Origin: Bugula neritina | Taxonomy: Eukaryota > Animalia > Bryozoa | Direction: 5' to 3' | Assembly: GCA_964035545.1 (NCBI GenBank) | Contig: OZ037766.1 | Coordinates: forward strand, 6,376,722-6,440,721 | DNA: 64,000 nucleotides | Shown: piece after piece, positions 1 through 12,031 of the stretch | Layout: every line of letters starts with the position of its first letter | Numbering within the stretch: position 1 is the stretch's first letter | Notes under the pieces: model-generated | Database searches by the model: none | What the model was told of the DNA's origin: nothing | The model's input: the letters and a program-made list of their open reading frames with translations, nothing else | Program-made: the position numbers and the translations under genes

Positions 1-675
1 CTCAGTGATGATAATAAATTGGCAAAATATTATGTGAAATACTCTATATAGCTAGACATGTTGGCAAAGCATTCAAAAATTCGGATCTATATGCAACAAG
101 TTGTCCATACAGACTATAGCATAAAATGTTATAGGCTTTGTCATTTTTTTGAAGCATGGAAAGTATTTCTTTGCAGTATGCTGGTATCATAGTGTGCCTC
201 TCTAGCATGCACACTGATTACAATAATAACTTATATGTATGCACATTGTTACTTTATTATCTTGTACAATATTTTGCCAAAGTACTATATTCTTCATACA
301 CACACACACACGCACACACTTTTTCTCTTTTTTTCACATAAAAATCACTGCACAAAATCATGCATATCCTTAGATTGTAAACTTTGTGACTCCACAAATA
401 AAACGCTGTCTGTCAGTAGATGCCCGAGTAAATGAAGAATATAAATTCTTCTGCTTCTAGTGTAGCCTTCTCCAAACAATCTTGCTTACCAAGAGAGCTG
501 TGCAAGAAGCATGTTATTATTGTATTATAGAGTAATGCCATAAAAATTTGCATTCATTGTCACTGGTATTTGAGCATTGAGGTCACCTATAATATGAAGC
601 AACTCTATTCTTTTGACCTGCTGGTAGACCAATTCCTGGCTTATTGTAATCTACATGTAAAAACACTTTCTAGTA

Positions 676-689
676 GTTGTCATGGTAAC
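676..689. promoter_or_regulatory. RFX X-box-like palindrome GTTGTCATGGTAAC
   Basis: Close match to the X-box consensus GTNRCC/YATRGYAAC; about 2.2 kb upstream of the GPCR ATG. Motif match only. Confidence 0.3.
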
Positions 690-701
690 ATGAAATTATA
701 C

Positions 702-1088
702 TGTTGTGAAACTGCATTCAGTAATTATTTGGGTATTTAAAGTAATGCAACACTGCCAAGTTAAAGTAGATTATTATGCGTTTATTTAGTTCACAGGATA
801 CAAAAGTAAAACTATACAACAACTACAAAAACACGTTACATAATTGCAGACAGAGCGTACACAAACCAACTATAACTAATCCACTGCCCGACTGCCGGCT
901 ACCCAAGGGTGGTAGCTGTCAGCTCTAATTACTAAGTCCCTCCCATAGTCCATAGCGTACGTTAGTCGCGTAGTAGGCAGATACCGTCAGGCCGAGTAGA
1001 TGATGGACGCTACGCATTATAATAACACAGTAGGAGCAGGAGAGTTATTCTTTCAATAATAAGATAACTCCGTACACAAACCCTTACA
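702..1088 (-). mobile_element. Probable solo LTR (Gypsy-like, 4-bp TSD)
   Basis: Termini TGTTG...TTACA, flanked on both sides by ATAC (698-701 and 1089-1092). Interior is more GC-rich than the flanks. AATAAA on the minus strand (plus-strand TTTATT near 781) lies about 80 nt from the putative 3' end. Confidence 0.5.
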
Positions 1089-2896
1089 ATACTTTCTTTC
1101 TGCAGATTGATCATACATTATACTTTGTTCTACTTTGTTAAACCTTGAAACATGCAATTATCTTGTTTTTGCTAGTATTTCAAACTTTTTATTAAACTAA
1201 TGAAGATTAGTCTTTAGTCTGTATTGCAGCATCTATAAACAAATGGAGAGCTTCAGTAAGATACTTTACTAATTTTGTTGGCACAAAGTTCCCAAGTTTC
1301 CAGGCTAATTAAGTTCAAAAAATGACTTGATGCCTGATGGTTTAAGGGACAGACAAAATATCTGCGCAAAACTTCCGATGATGATGTTCCCACAAATTGA
1401 TTAACTTTGCGTAGCTGCTGCAGAAACCGTTGATCTCGAGCCTAAATAAAGCAGACTGATATGCTTTCTGTTTGTCTTCAAACGCACACAACTGCATTTA
1501 TAAAACAATATATTAATAAAAACAGAATTGCACCGGCTCACTATATAATTGTACCAACACAGCTCTATAATATACCAATATTCAGAGTATTAAAGCCTGG
1601 TGTTGTTGCTGTAAAACAGTTCACTTTTTCAGCATACACTCTCTAGCTTATAGCTGGTAAGAGGCTGCCGTTTGTGTATTTCAGGACAAGACATGGAAAC
1701 TAATACCAGCATATAATCTATTATCTCATCCACCAAAGAAGGAATGACCGATGTATTGTATTAGCTGTGACATCATACCTGTTGGTGTGTTGCAACATAT
1801 TTCACTATGTATATATAGTACTAAGAGTTGGCGAACCTTACAAATATGTTTTGGCTGGTACATTAGCTTCTTCTGCTGCAGTGGCCATGAGCTATACAAC
1901 ATTATGTTCTGTTTTAGGACTTTTTAAGGATGCTTTTCTTCTTAAAATTTTAAAACCCTTAAGGGCTAAAGCCCTAAACTTTCATCTCTATGAAGTCTGA
2001 AGATTTGTCTCCATCATTTTGTGATAATTTCTGGGAGAAATTCCCTTGCTAGTTCCATTTTTCTATGCCATCGTATCCACTCCAATATAAAAAGTAGAAC
2101 CTTTTTTTCCTTATACGTTTTCAAAATTAAACTGTAGGGATATTTGGCATAAATATCTATGATTAAAATATAGAACTATTTCTTTTTCATCTTCATTAGT
2201 GTTTTCAAAAGTTTATAGTGTTCTTCTCCATGTAGACTCAGTGATATCAACTTGCAATATTATTATAATATTTTGCTATATAGATTATGTGGTTGTGCTA
2301 TTTTTTCTTATTTGTTACAGCCACACACAAAATGCTAACAGAAATATAATATATCTCCCTTTGCATTATATAGGCCTACAAAATAGTTAAAAACACCAAT
2401 TTTAAATAGCAAATACAAACAGAACTAAAATTTGGATTTGAGCTTTTGAAGGCTTTGCCACCGTATTTAGCTATATTACGTAAGCACTTTACATTAATTA
2501 TAATGTGCCAATTTATTATTATTACTGAGGTCACCGTAGTTCACCCTGAGTCATGACATTAACTCAACCTAAACAAATGAGAAATTATGACTGTATCTCT
2601 CCTATGTAGAGCTACAATAAACTAAACAAAAATGCACGCATAGGTTAGCAATGCACCAGTATAATGACCGCAATGACATACTTCAGCGGTTACTATGGTA
2701 ATGTGAGATGAGTATGTAAAGTTAGAAGATATTTTGTCATCAATAAAACAGTTGGCTGATTAATAGAGATTCACTCGAAGAAATGATTATTATTAGGCAT
2801 TAGTGTTAGTAGTTCAGTTCAGTTCAGTTAAATTCACTCAACATTCATATAAGTTTGTGCTTGCTCAAGGTGAGAAAAAGCAGAGTCACTACCATC

Positions 2897-5800
2897 ATGT
2901 CAAGAAACAAGTTGAAGAGGTTTACAGCTACAGTAGTACTTTTAACTACTCTTATCAACAATATATTAGCACAGGATTCTTTAGCTAAAGTAATTTTAGA
3001 AAACTTCATGAAATTCAATGGAATACCAACAACGATTCCTCTTGGATTATTATCAGAATCTCAAGATATTGAGAACATAAAACTTGTGAATGGGACATGT
3101 TTTCAATACGGGGTGCACTCTTTCAACAGATGTAAGTACTACTCGGACTGCTGTCTTATGACTTCTGCTAAACCCATGGAGCAGTTGGCTTACAACACAT
3201 TTTCATGTCATGATAACTTCTACATTGTGGATAAATGTCCCCAGGAAACTCCGAATAAGGAACTAAAAACTTTATGTGAAGATTTAAGTTCTACAGAATC
3301 TGGTAAGCCTTCAGAATGAGATTGAGCTTTCACTAACTTACTATTGATTCTATAATACAATAAGCTCTATGTCTCTAAACTTTAATTGTAAGATTTAGGA
3401 ATTGTGGCTTTGATATCACATGGTTCTGATACTTTATGTTGCATAATAGTAATATGGCATCTGCAAAACTTCATAACTTCCCGAGACAAATGAAGAGTAG
3501 TCAATATGAACTTTAAAAACTGTATAAAGCAGAAACAGTATAATACACAATACTCATATTTACCGACTTACCAGCTACACAGTTATATATGTTATAATAT
3601 TATTTGTAGATTTATCACTGAAACGTTGGCCAGTACGAGGTCTAGTAAATCATCTCACATATAAGAATGTCTTCTGTGCCATGTGTAATGGTATTGATCT
3701 TCAGGCTAGTGTGCGATTTTCAGACCAGTTATGGTTTGGTGATCCGAATAAGATAAATGATAGTGTGAGTACCATGGAGTGGTGGCCAGCAAAGGTAGAG
3801 TGTAGTGCTGAGGCTATTGAAGAATATCTATCTTCAGATACTGACCACAAAAGCCTAATAACTCTAGTAAAAGAGTGAGTATTGAAGGATTGTGGTTAAT
3901 AAATCTCATTGCTTGAACAGATATCAACTCCATAATGAATTCATTTGCATTTTTAGCTTTTTATCTCTCCTCTTCTCCTCGGTCCTCTCCTGCCCTCTTT
4001 CTCACCTTCTCTTCTCTCTCCCCCTTTCTCCCTCCACGCCTTTTTCTCTTATTGTTTCAAGTTTGGTTTTGATAGCAGGTTGGAACTGAACAAGAGCATA
4101 ACTTCCTTTGCAAAAACGTACTTTGCTAGAACATGTATGTAATTTTACATTAATCTGATTTAGCATGTGTAAGAGCACATCATTAGGAAGAAACCCTAAT
4201 GACCCTGATCATTAGTGGTCGTATTTTGACGAAGCTTCTTTTCTTATCATGTGACTTGGCTTGAGGGTATACTTGTTGTGGGTTTTAGCGAATTTGAACG
4301 GCCATATGCTAGTATTCAGCTTCGGTGAATAACTACATAATACCCGTATTCCACTTCCTCACACTTTCAGTGTTTGCCATAGTTTTTGAGATAGAAATAC
4401 TAGCTGAATTTAGTGATAGTATTGACTGAATAATAGCTCTACAGTGTCCTTAGAGCTATGAACTATGGTATGACCCAATATCTGTAGATTTACGCACTAC
4501 CATTATAGAAACAATGCAAGCAGTTCCAATGATGTAAAGCTATCAATGCCAGAGTACTGCAGTTTAAGCTTTCAAGGACGTAAATAACTTTCGCAGTCAG
4601 TTAACACTTTTCAGAAACTGAATAAGCTTGACCAGTCTTGTATAACAGATGTTATTGTTAAGGATTTTACATATTACGTTACAATAATATAATTATAATA
4701 CAGGATTTACCACGAAAGCTACATGATAAAAGCACGATTATTATAAGCAAAAATATTAAAATTTCTTAAGCATATATAATTATTATTAACATTATAACTA
4801 CTATAATTGCAGTATTGTATAATATGCATCATTGTCTTTATTCTGTAGATCCTGCAAGACATTATACTTACCACCAGAGTCTCCAGATCTATGTTGGGAC
4901 GCTGTAAGGACGTGCCCTACTAACTCTAATAGTGAGTTAAAGACACTTTGCGAGAAAGGACCCGTCAACTATATCAACGTCACAAGTTTAAATCTAGTAT
5001 ATCGAAACCAGTTCTGCGCCTTGTGTCATGATGTGGACCTTCTACTAATAGACATTAATTTACCTCAACTGCCAATGATGAATGCTTCAGCATTGGGATT
5101 ATCCTGGGACAAGAAAAGCAATAAACTTAGAATAAACCAAGATCTGTCCTCCCTAGATGACTCAAAGACATTGATGTTTGCGAGACCAACTATGTTCAAC
5201 TTGACAGACTTGTCCAATGACTTCACAAATTTCAAAGTTGATGAGGATTTTGAGTGCTCTTTCTTTGCAGATCAAACAGCAAGTTTTTGTGAAGAGCGTG
5301 TAACACAGCTAAACAATTCTTCTAAAACTAATACCACCGCCACTGTGCCAGTGTGGAACTTGGCCTCCATGGCTTGTTTTAGCAACGTGAGGAAGATATG
5401 TGACCGGTTTCTCATACCACAAGCTGTGAGTGATAACATGTGCACAAAACCAGGGTGTGGATTTGGACATGTCCTTGACCCTGACACTTTGCAGTGCTAC
5501 GATCTGAACGCTTTTGGCTCAGTCAGCAACATAGTCGTAGACAATAGTGACTTGCAGTGGCACTCACACTCAGTATGCGCCTACCAAAGTCAATGTAAAG
5601 CTGTAGAGTTGGGAATAAAAAAAGAGCATGAGCTGAATTGTTATTGTGATAAATACTGTATTTACTATAATGATTGCTGTGAAGATTCACCGTACCAACC
5701 TACCAAACAGACAGTCCTAGAAGATGGGACATTTTCCTGTGTGTATGACAGATCTGAGTTGAGAAGTGGGGCAGATGATGAGGGCTATTCATGGGGGATA

Positions 5801-8800
5801 ATGCAGGTTGAAGCTTGTCCAGAATTGTATAACAACAGTGAAATAAAAGATCTATGTGAAAACGCTACTAAAGATGAAAAGTTAAGTTATCAAAACATCC
5901 CAGTCTCTTCTCTGGATACTGGATTAAGGTAATTTGGTTTTTTATTATAACATAGATTTATATAAAATGAGAGTTTAATAAAAAAAATTGATTATTAGCA
6001 AATTTTATTAGACTAAATATTTTGAGCTAGTTACTTAACTGAAATCAAATTGTACAACACGTAGATAACTAGGTTTTTGGGCGGTATGAGCACATGCTGA
6101 TTAATGAGCATAGCAGGGAGAAAAACAAGGATAAAGGAATGAATAATGGCACTATCACAGCATAAGGTCAATTTTTAGATTTAAGAGCATCAATAACAGG
6201 CTTATGACAGCTAAAGTAGAGTGCAACAGTGCATGTGAGGTTACCTATGAAAAAGAATGATGGTTGGAGTATAAGAGATTAAACAGCACCCTTGGTTTAA
6301 TGGGTTAGATCGTTTGCTTTGTAAACACAAACTCATGGATGGGCTAAAGCCCGACATAGGCCATTGGTGAAGTTAGGAACAGCATCTAGTCATAATTGCT
6401 CCTGTGCCACATATGAATAAGTCCTTAGCCCAACTTAACAAAAACCCCTCCTATCAAGGGTTTTCTCACAGGGGTAGCGACTATAAACTTGCATGAGTGA
6501 TTTTTTCTTATAAGAGATTAAACAGTGAGTGAATTTGTGGCAATTCGTCACTGCATATATACTACGTCAAATTTAGCATAATAATACAATTAGCAACAAG
6601 ATATTTGTATACAATATTTTATCATTTTCTAAAAATTTAACAAAAGAATCAGTTCGCTTATTGCAGTGAATGAAACCAGTGAGCCATGACTCACTTGTTA
6701 TTCCTATCAAATGTCATTATGTTTAAAGATATTTGTAATATTAATTATAGATATTCTAATGTGTACTGCGCAATATGCAATGATGTCAAAGATATTCGTT
6801 ATTGGAGGATAGACGTGGGTTGCATTAAAGTGGCTAATGACAAGTGTAATTATGCTCAAGGATCAATCAGCCAAGAAATACCTTTTCTTTCTAATATATT
6901 TCGGGAGAATCCAAACGTAACAGAACTGAAACACAGCGAGTGAGTTTTTTTAGATTAATTCAAGAATTTGGTTTCTTCATACTAACTCCACAATATCTAG
7001 TCGTAGAGTGACAGTGTCTTTGGTATATCTGAAACACAATTTTTCTGCAAATACCTTTGACTAACTTGTACTAGCTACTCTGATTGATTACCATAGTAAA
7101 ATGATGACAAACTTTTTAATACTCTTAGGTTTTCCTTACTATATGTTACCATTTCTATGCATCGCAAAAGTAATTCAGAACTCCTAAAATAGCTTGAACT
7201 AACTGGCTTAGCTAAGCCAGTTAACCAGGTAGCTATTTGCTAAGCTTGAGCCTACAATTTTCTGTTTGGATTTCTATTTGAACCGATTTATATCGTGTAT
7301 TGACCATTTCTCATACTACAGATATATTTTACTATTACTATCGAGCAATTCTGCAGGTAGTTCAGCTAATTGTAGGTCACAAGACGTTATGATACAGACT
7401 AGGATAAGTTATAAGTCACAATCAGTATATTCTGTAGAACACTAAGCTCTTTTAAAAAACTGCTTATGCCAATGCAGAAGTTTAACAAGTTGAACAAATC
7501 AGACAATAGTTATTTTCTGCAGCCAAATTTTGGTCTAATAAGACTTAAAAGTAACTTCAGTCCATAATGTAACTATACATGTGTATTACCTGATATAAAT
7601 ACAGACCAATAAGCTACTTCTTGCCACTTGAAGGCACTTGTTGTCAGTAGCTGTAAATAATTGTTCTGTGACACTAAACTAAATGTTCTTTTTCAACTAT
7701 GATTGTAGATGTAGAATAAAGCAATATTTACCTCCCTTAGATCTGGTAGATTCAGTACGAAGGTGCAAATTTGATGCAGCAAACTATGTAGCTTCATGTC
7801 CTAAACACGCTGAGCATTGGAGAATAGCGGACATGTGTTCAAATGGCCCCGCCTCCTTTGTATACGATAGTGGAATACTGAGAAATCTAGTGCAGAAATC
7901 CTACTCTTTTCCAGTCAGCAACATTGGTACTAGTTACGGGACAGACATTTATAGCTACGGCCAAAAGAATAAATATAGGAACAGCTATTGTGCTACTTGT
8001 AATGGTGTGGCCTGGCTTGGATGTAATGCAAAACCAAATGACGTTGTTACTGGAACATCAGAATATGCATTTGATAGATGGTTAAGGTATGAGAAGGATG
8101 TGATGAAGTTTTTATTTATTTATGAAATAGATTTGAATGAGAGAACATGTAACATGAATTCGGATGCTGTGCTGCTATACAGTGATTTTAACACAACTCT
8201 AGACACTTGTTTAAACATAAGTCATCACCTTAAACAGTGTAACTGTTCCAGCATACCAGACTTGGAGTCAGAAACCTGCATCCCAACACCGTTTGTAAAT
8301 GACAAGTGCAGAGAGAACAGATATGAACCAGAAACGTTTAAAGTCACAAACCATGGAATAAAAAACTGTGGAAACAACTTTGAATATTTGCCTTTGTCGA
8401 CCAAAAGTGCAGTTGATAAATGTTTTCAGTGTTTCATAAATGTAACCAGTGATGATTGTCAGCATGAGTTCGAGCAGTTCACTGGTAGTCCTTATGTAGC
8501 TGCAATTTCTGTAAAAAGTGTGCATTGTGCTCTAACTCATTTGATTAGATGTAATGAATCCGATATAGAAGATTCCTATTGTGCAGACAACTTTTTTCTT
8601 TCTGGAATTTCTTCTGGCGTGTTCCGTGATGTGATAACTCCCCAGATTTCTCTGCTTAATTCCTTAGCAATTTCGTATGAATCAACTGAATTTAATTTTG
8701 AAGTTTACTTGGAAAAGACCGCTTCACTTGGAGTGGAACTTCTATTTTCAACATTTAATAATGACAGTTTAAATAGTCAATGCGTGGAATACTCACTAAC

Positions 8801-9794
8801 AAGTAATCAAACTAAATGGTTAATCTGCAAAAATGGTGAGTTACAGAGAACCTCTGATCAAACTCATTACAATGACTACTTATTGTGGAATGATGAGATA
8901 CGAGTCTGCACTGAAACTGCTGTACCGGAATTTATTCTCGCAACTCACGATTACGTCTTTTCTTCGTTATCCATTTTGTTCATCTTGATCTACGTTGTTT
9001 ATTATTTTACAAAATTAAAGAAGACTGTGACAGGTAACTTTGTAGTAAGTTCCATGATTACTCTGATGTTTGGACTAGTGTTTTACTGTCTCATCAATGA
9101 GACGAAATTTTTCATATCTTGTCGGATCATTGCTTCTTGTACACAATACTTCCTTATCGCTGTACACACCTGGACAAATGCTGTTGGAATTTTAATGGTA
9201 AAAGGCCTTTCCTCTTTCAAACTTGCCAGTCAATCTAGTTGGAAAAAGTATGCTTATTATGCTGCATATGCTTGGCTCACCCCACTCATATTTGTAATAT
9301 TGGCCCACTCTCTTGATGCAGCTAAACCCAACAACCTATGCCCAGTGTTTTCTGACCAAATTTGCTTTATTGCTCGTGGATGGATAAGACTATTAGTTTT
9401 CACTGGACCCATATATTTATTAGTGGTGGTGAACATTACCATGTGCATTGTAGCAAGTGTCATTGTAGTAAGGTCAGGAAATAAAATAGCAGTTGATGAC
9501 AAGCAAAGAACTGTGAAGAAAGTGGTTACCATTGTTAAACTTCAAGTAATTTTTGGATTTCACTGGTTTATTCTACTCTTTACTGAAATCAAAGGTCCTC
9601 ACCAGGCTGGTCTATGGATTGCTCTCAATGTGTTTATGACATTACAAGGAGTCATAGCAGTGCTAGCCCAGTTGGTTACTTCTGCAAACATTAGAAAAGG
9701 CAAGAAATGGTTTAATTTAAAGATTAGAAATTATAGCTCTAAGAATTCACAGAGTGCCTCAAACAAAACTGTTGAAACTGAGTTTAATCATTAA
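2897..9794 (+). CDS. Class B (secretin/adhesion/Methuselah-like) 7TM receptor with large Cys-rich, somatomedin-B-containing ectodomain, ~1341 aa
   Basis: Exons 2897-3302, 3610-3874, 4849-5928, 6751-6939, 7709-9794, all GT-AG, sum 4026 nt in frame. Signal peptide MSRNKLKRFTATVVLLTTLINNILA. SMB motif CYCDKYCIYYNDCCED. Seven hydrophobic helices with class-B hallmarks (CRIIASCTQYFLIAVHTW, YAWLTP, ICFI..W, GP, FGFHW, LQG). Confidence 0.88.
6287..6508 (+). mobile_element. tRNA-derived SINE, copy 1
   Basis: Homologous to the copies at 17975 and 52158. Exact 17-bp TSD TATAAGAGATTAAACAG at 6270-6286 and 6509-6525. Confidence 0.85.
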
Positions 9795-12031
9795 TTAACA
9801 GATAATTTGTAGGAGCAATTATGTTTGAAATATGCATGCTTGTACTGTTTTGTAACTTCAACTGAATCTTTATTTTATCATTATGATTTTATTTTTATAC
9901 TGCCAAAATTTCTTCGAAGTATTAGTTAACAAATATAATATTTAAACAAAACAGCAGTGGTTATATATTTTGTAATATTGTGTTATATATTACTATGTAC
10001 CTCAATACTGCTGCTACTTTACTTCCACAGCATTCTAAACTATATTACAAAGTTACAGTTTATTAATAGATGTACCACATTGTTAGCTAAATTATCTTTA
10101 TAACTATAGTTGCTAAAATATTTTTCTCTTTCTGCAAAACATGATATATATTTTTGTACATTCTAAATTATTTAAATATGTATTATTGCTAATCACAGAT
10201 GGCAACTATCCTGGTTGTTATTATAGCTTATTTACAACTTTAATATACAGTTTGATCAAATGTTTGTTTATTTTACAATCTTATATGTTAATAGAAATGA
10301 TAAAAATAAAACAATCACTTATAATTTGAAATTAGCTTTTAATTTTCTCAACTTGTTCATACTCTGAAACTTTCTGTAACTTTAGTTGGGTTATGAACTT
10401 TATGCTTATTTGGTATTATCTATGAAATATGCAAATATTATGCAATAGCCATTTGATATTAAGCTAATTCTTTTTCTATTTTCTTTCTTTAACATAAAAA
10501 CACTGCAAAAAATCACGCATATTCTGGGATGTTATAGTCTTATAGACCTTTCCAATTTTAGCTGTTTCAATCGATAAACAATTTTCCAGTAAGATCTGTA
10601 TGTTTATGATTGGTTTTCTACTTGAGGCATTATCTAATTATAAGTACAAATTTTAAATGTGGGGCTGGTTTTGAATTTTGCTTCCAATATGCAACAAGAA
10701 CTAAGCTATCTGTGATGGGATGTCATCATGTACCCAGGATTTAAATATCACAGTGTAGTTCTGTTCTCTAATTAGCCCTCAAGTAAGGAACACAACTCCA
10801 ATATTATTCTAATGTAGTCAGTTTCAAAGAGATGCTTCATTATAAGCTGTATAAGATGGTTACAGGGTAAAGAACAGCAACTGGTGGAATTCTATAGCAT
10901 TTACAACCTAAATTATAGGTATAGATTTTAAATGGCTCCTCTTTTTCAAGTCAGGGGTTTTAAGGTTAGAGGTTGGTCTCAGAGGTGACAGTTTATACAA
11001 GTAAGTAGAGGTACATAATTGTAACTTTTCATCCCTAAAATGTCTCCCAAAGTGACTTTGTATTCAACTGGTATAGTTTTACTAATATTTACTTTTGAAC
11101 TTTTTTCTGTAAAACAAAAATAAGACGTTTATATAATTTGGCATCTCAAGTTATATTTTATTTAACTGATGTAAACAACAATGCATCATAATAATTATGC
11201 AACAGTGTACAACTGATAAAATATAATTACATATAAAAATAACGATTTCATTAATTTAAAAAGCTAAAAAAGCTAGTATACTAAGTACAACATACGAATA
11301 CACTAAAAAGGTAAGAGTAATTCATCTGCAAACAACGATAAGCAAAATATGAATTCTTAAAAATGATTTGTGACTGATTGCCATACTGAGAAAACTGATA
11401 AACACCACGGAGAGTAGATGTAGCAATGGCATAGACATATGGTACGCTAACTTTGGCGTAGACAAGACCTAATAAATATTAAATATCCAAACTTGGGTAT
11501 ATGAAACTATGAAATGATTAATAGGATATACAATTTACAAGTTCAGGCTTTTACCAAATGTTTTCATTTTCCCTATTCAATAGTCAAACTTCTATAAAAA
11601 AAAACAGGCAAAGTGAAACTGTAAGCAAATAGCCATTTGTCAATAAACCACATTCAGTTGGTGACTTGTCACTAAATGATATGCATTGTTGTAAATAAAT
11701 TACTAGCGTTCATCACCATAACATCTTGTAATATATAAGTATTCTGCCATTTGTGTATGATGGAACAGCTTAGTGTACGATATCACACACACCATTTAGA
11801 TATTTTCAATACTGTTTGATGAAAGCAGTATGAACAGCTATAATCATATAGCATGTAGTACATTGACAGGAAGGAAATAAACTCATGCAAGTTTTACACT
11901 TTCACTTTACAAATGAGCTAAATCTTCATTCTAAAATGTACTATGACTAGGTAATGGAATTTGTAATAATTCCGTAAGAGTTGTCTACCCTACAATAAAA
12001 GAATATAACTCGGGACTAAGAGGTAAAAATA

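Noticed and set aside
8268-9532. Minus-strand ORFs overlapping the GPCR last exon (also 5272-5487, 12901-13083, 55009-55649)
   Set aside because: Antisense shadows of real coding exons with no independent features.
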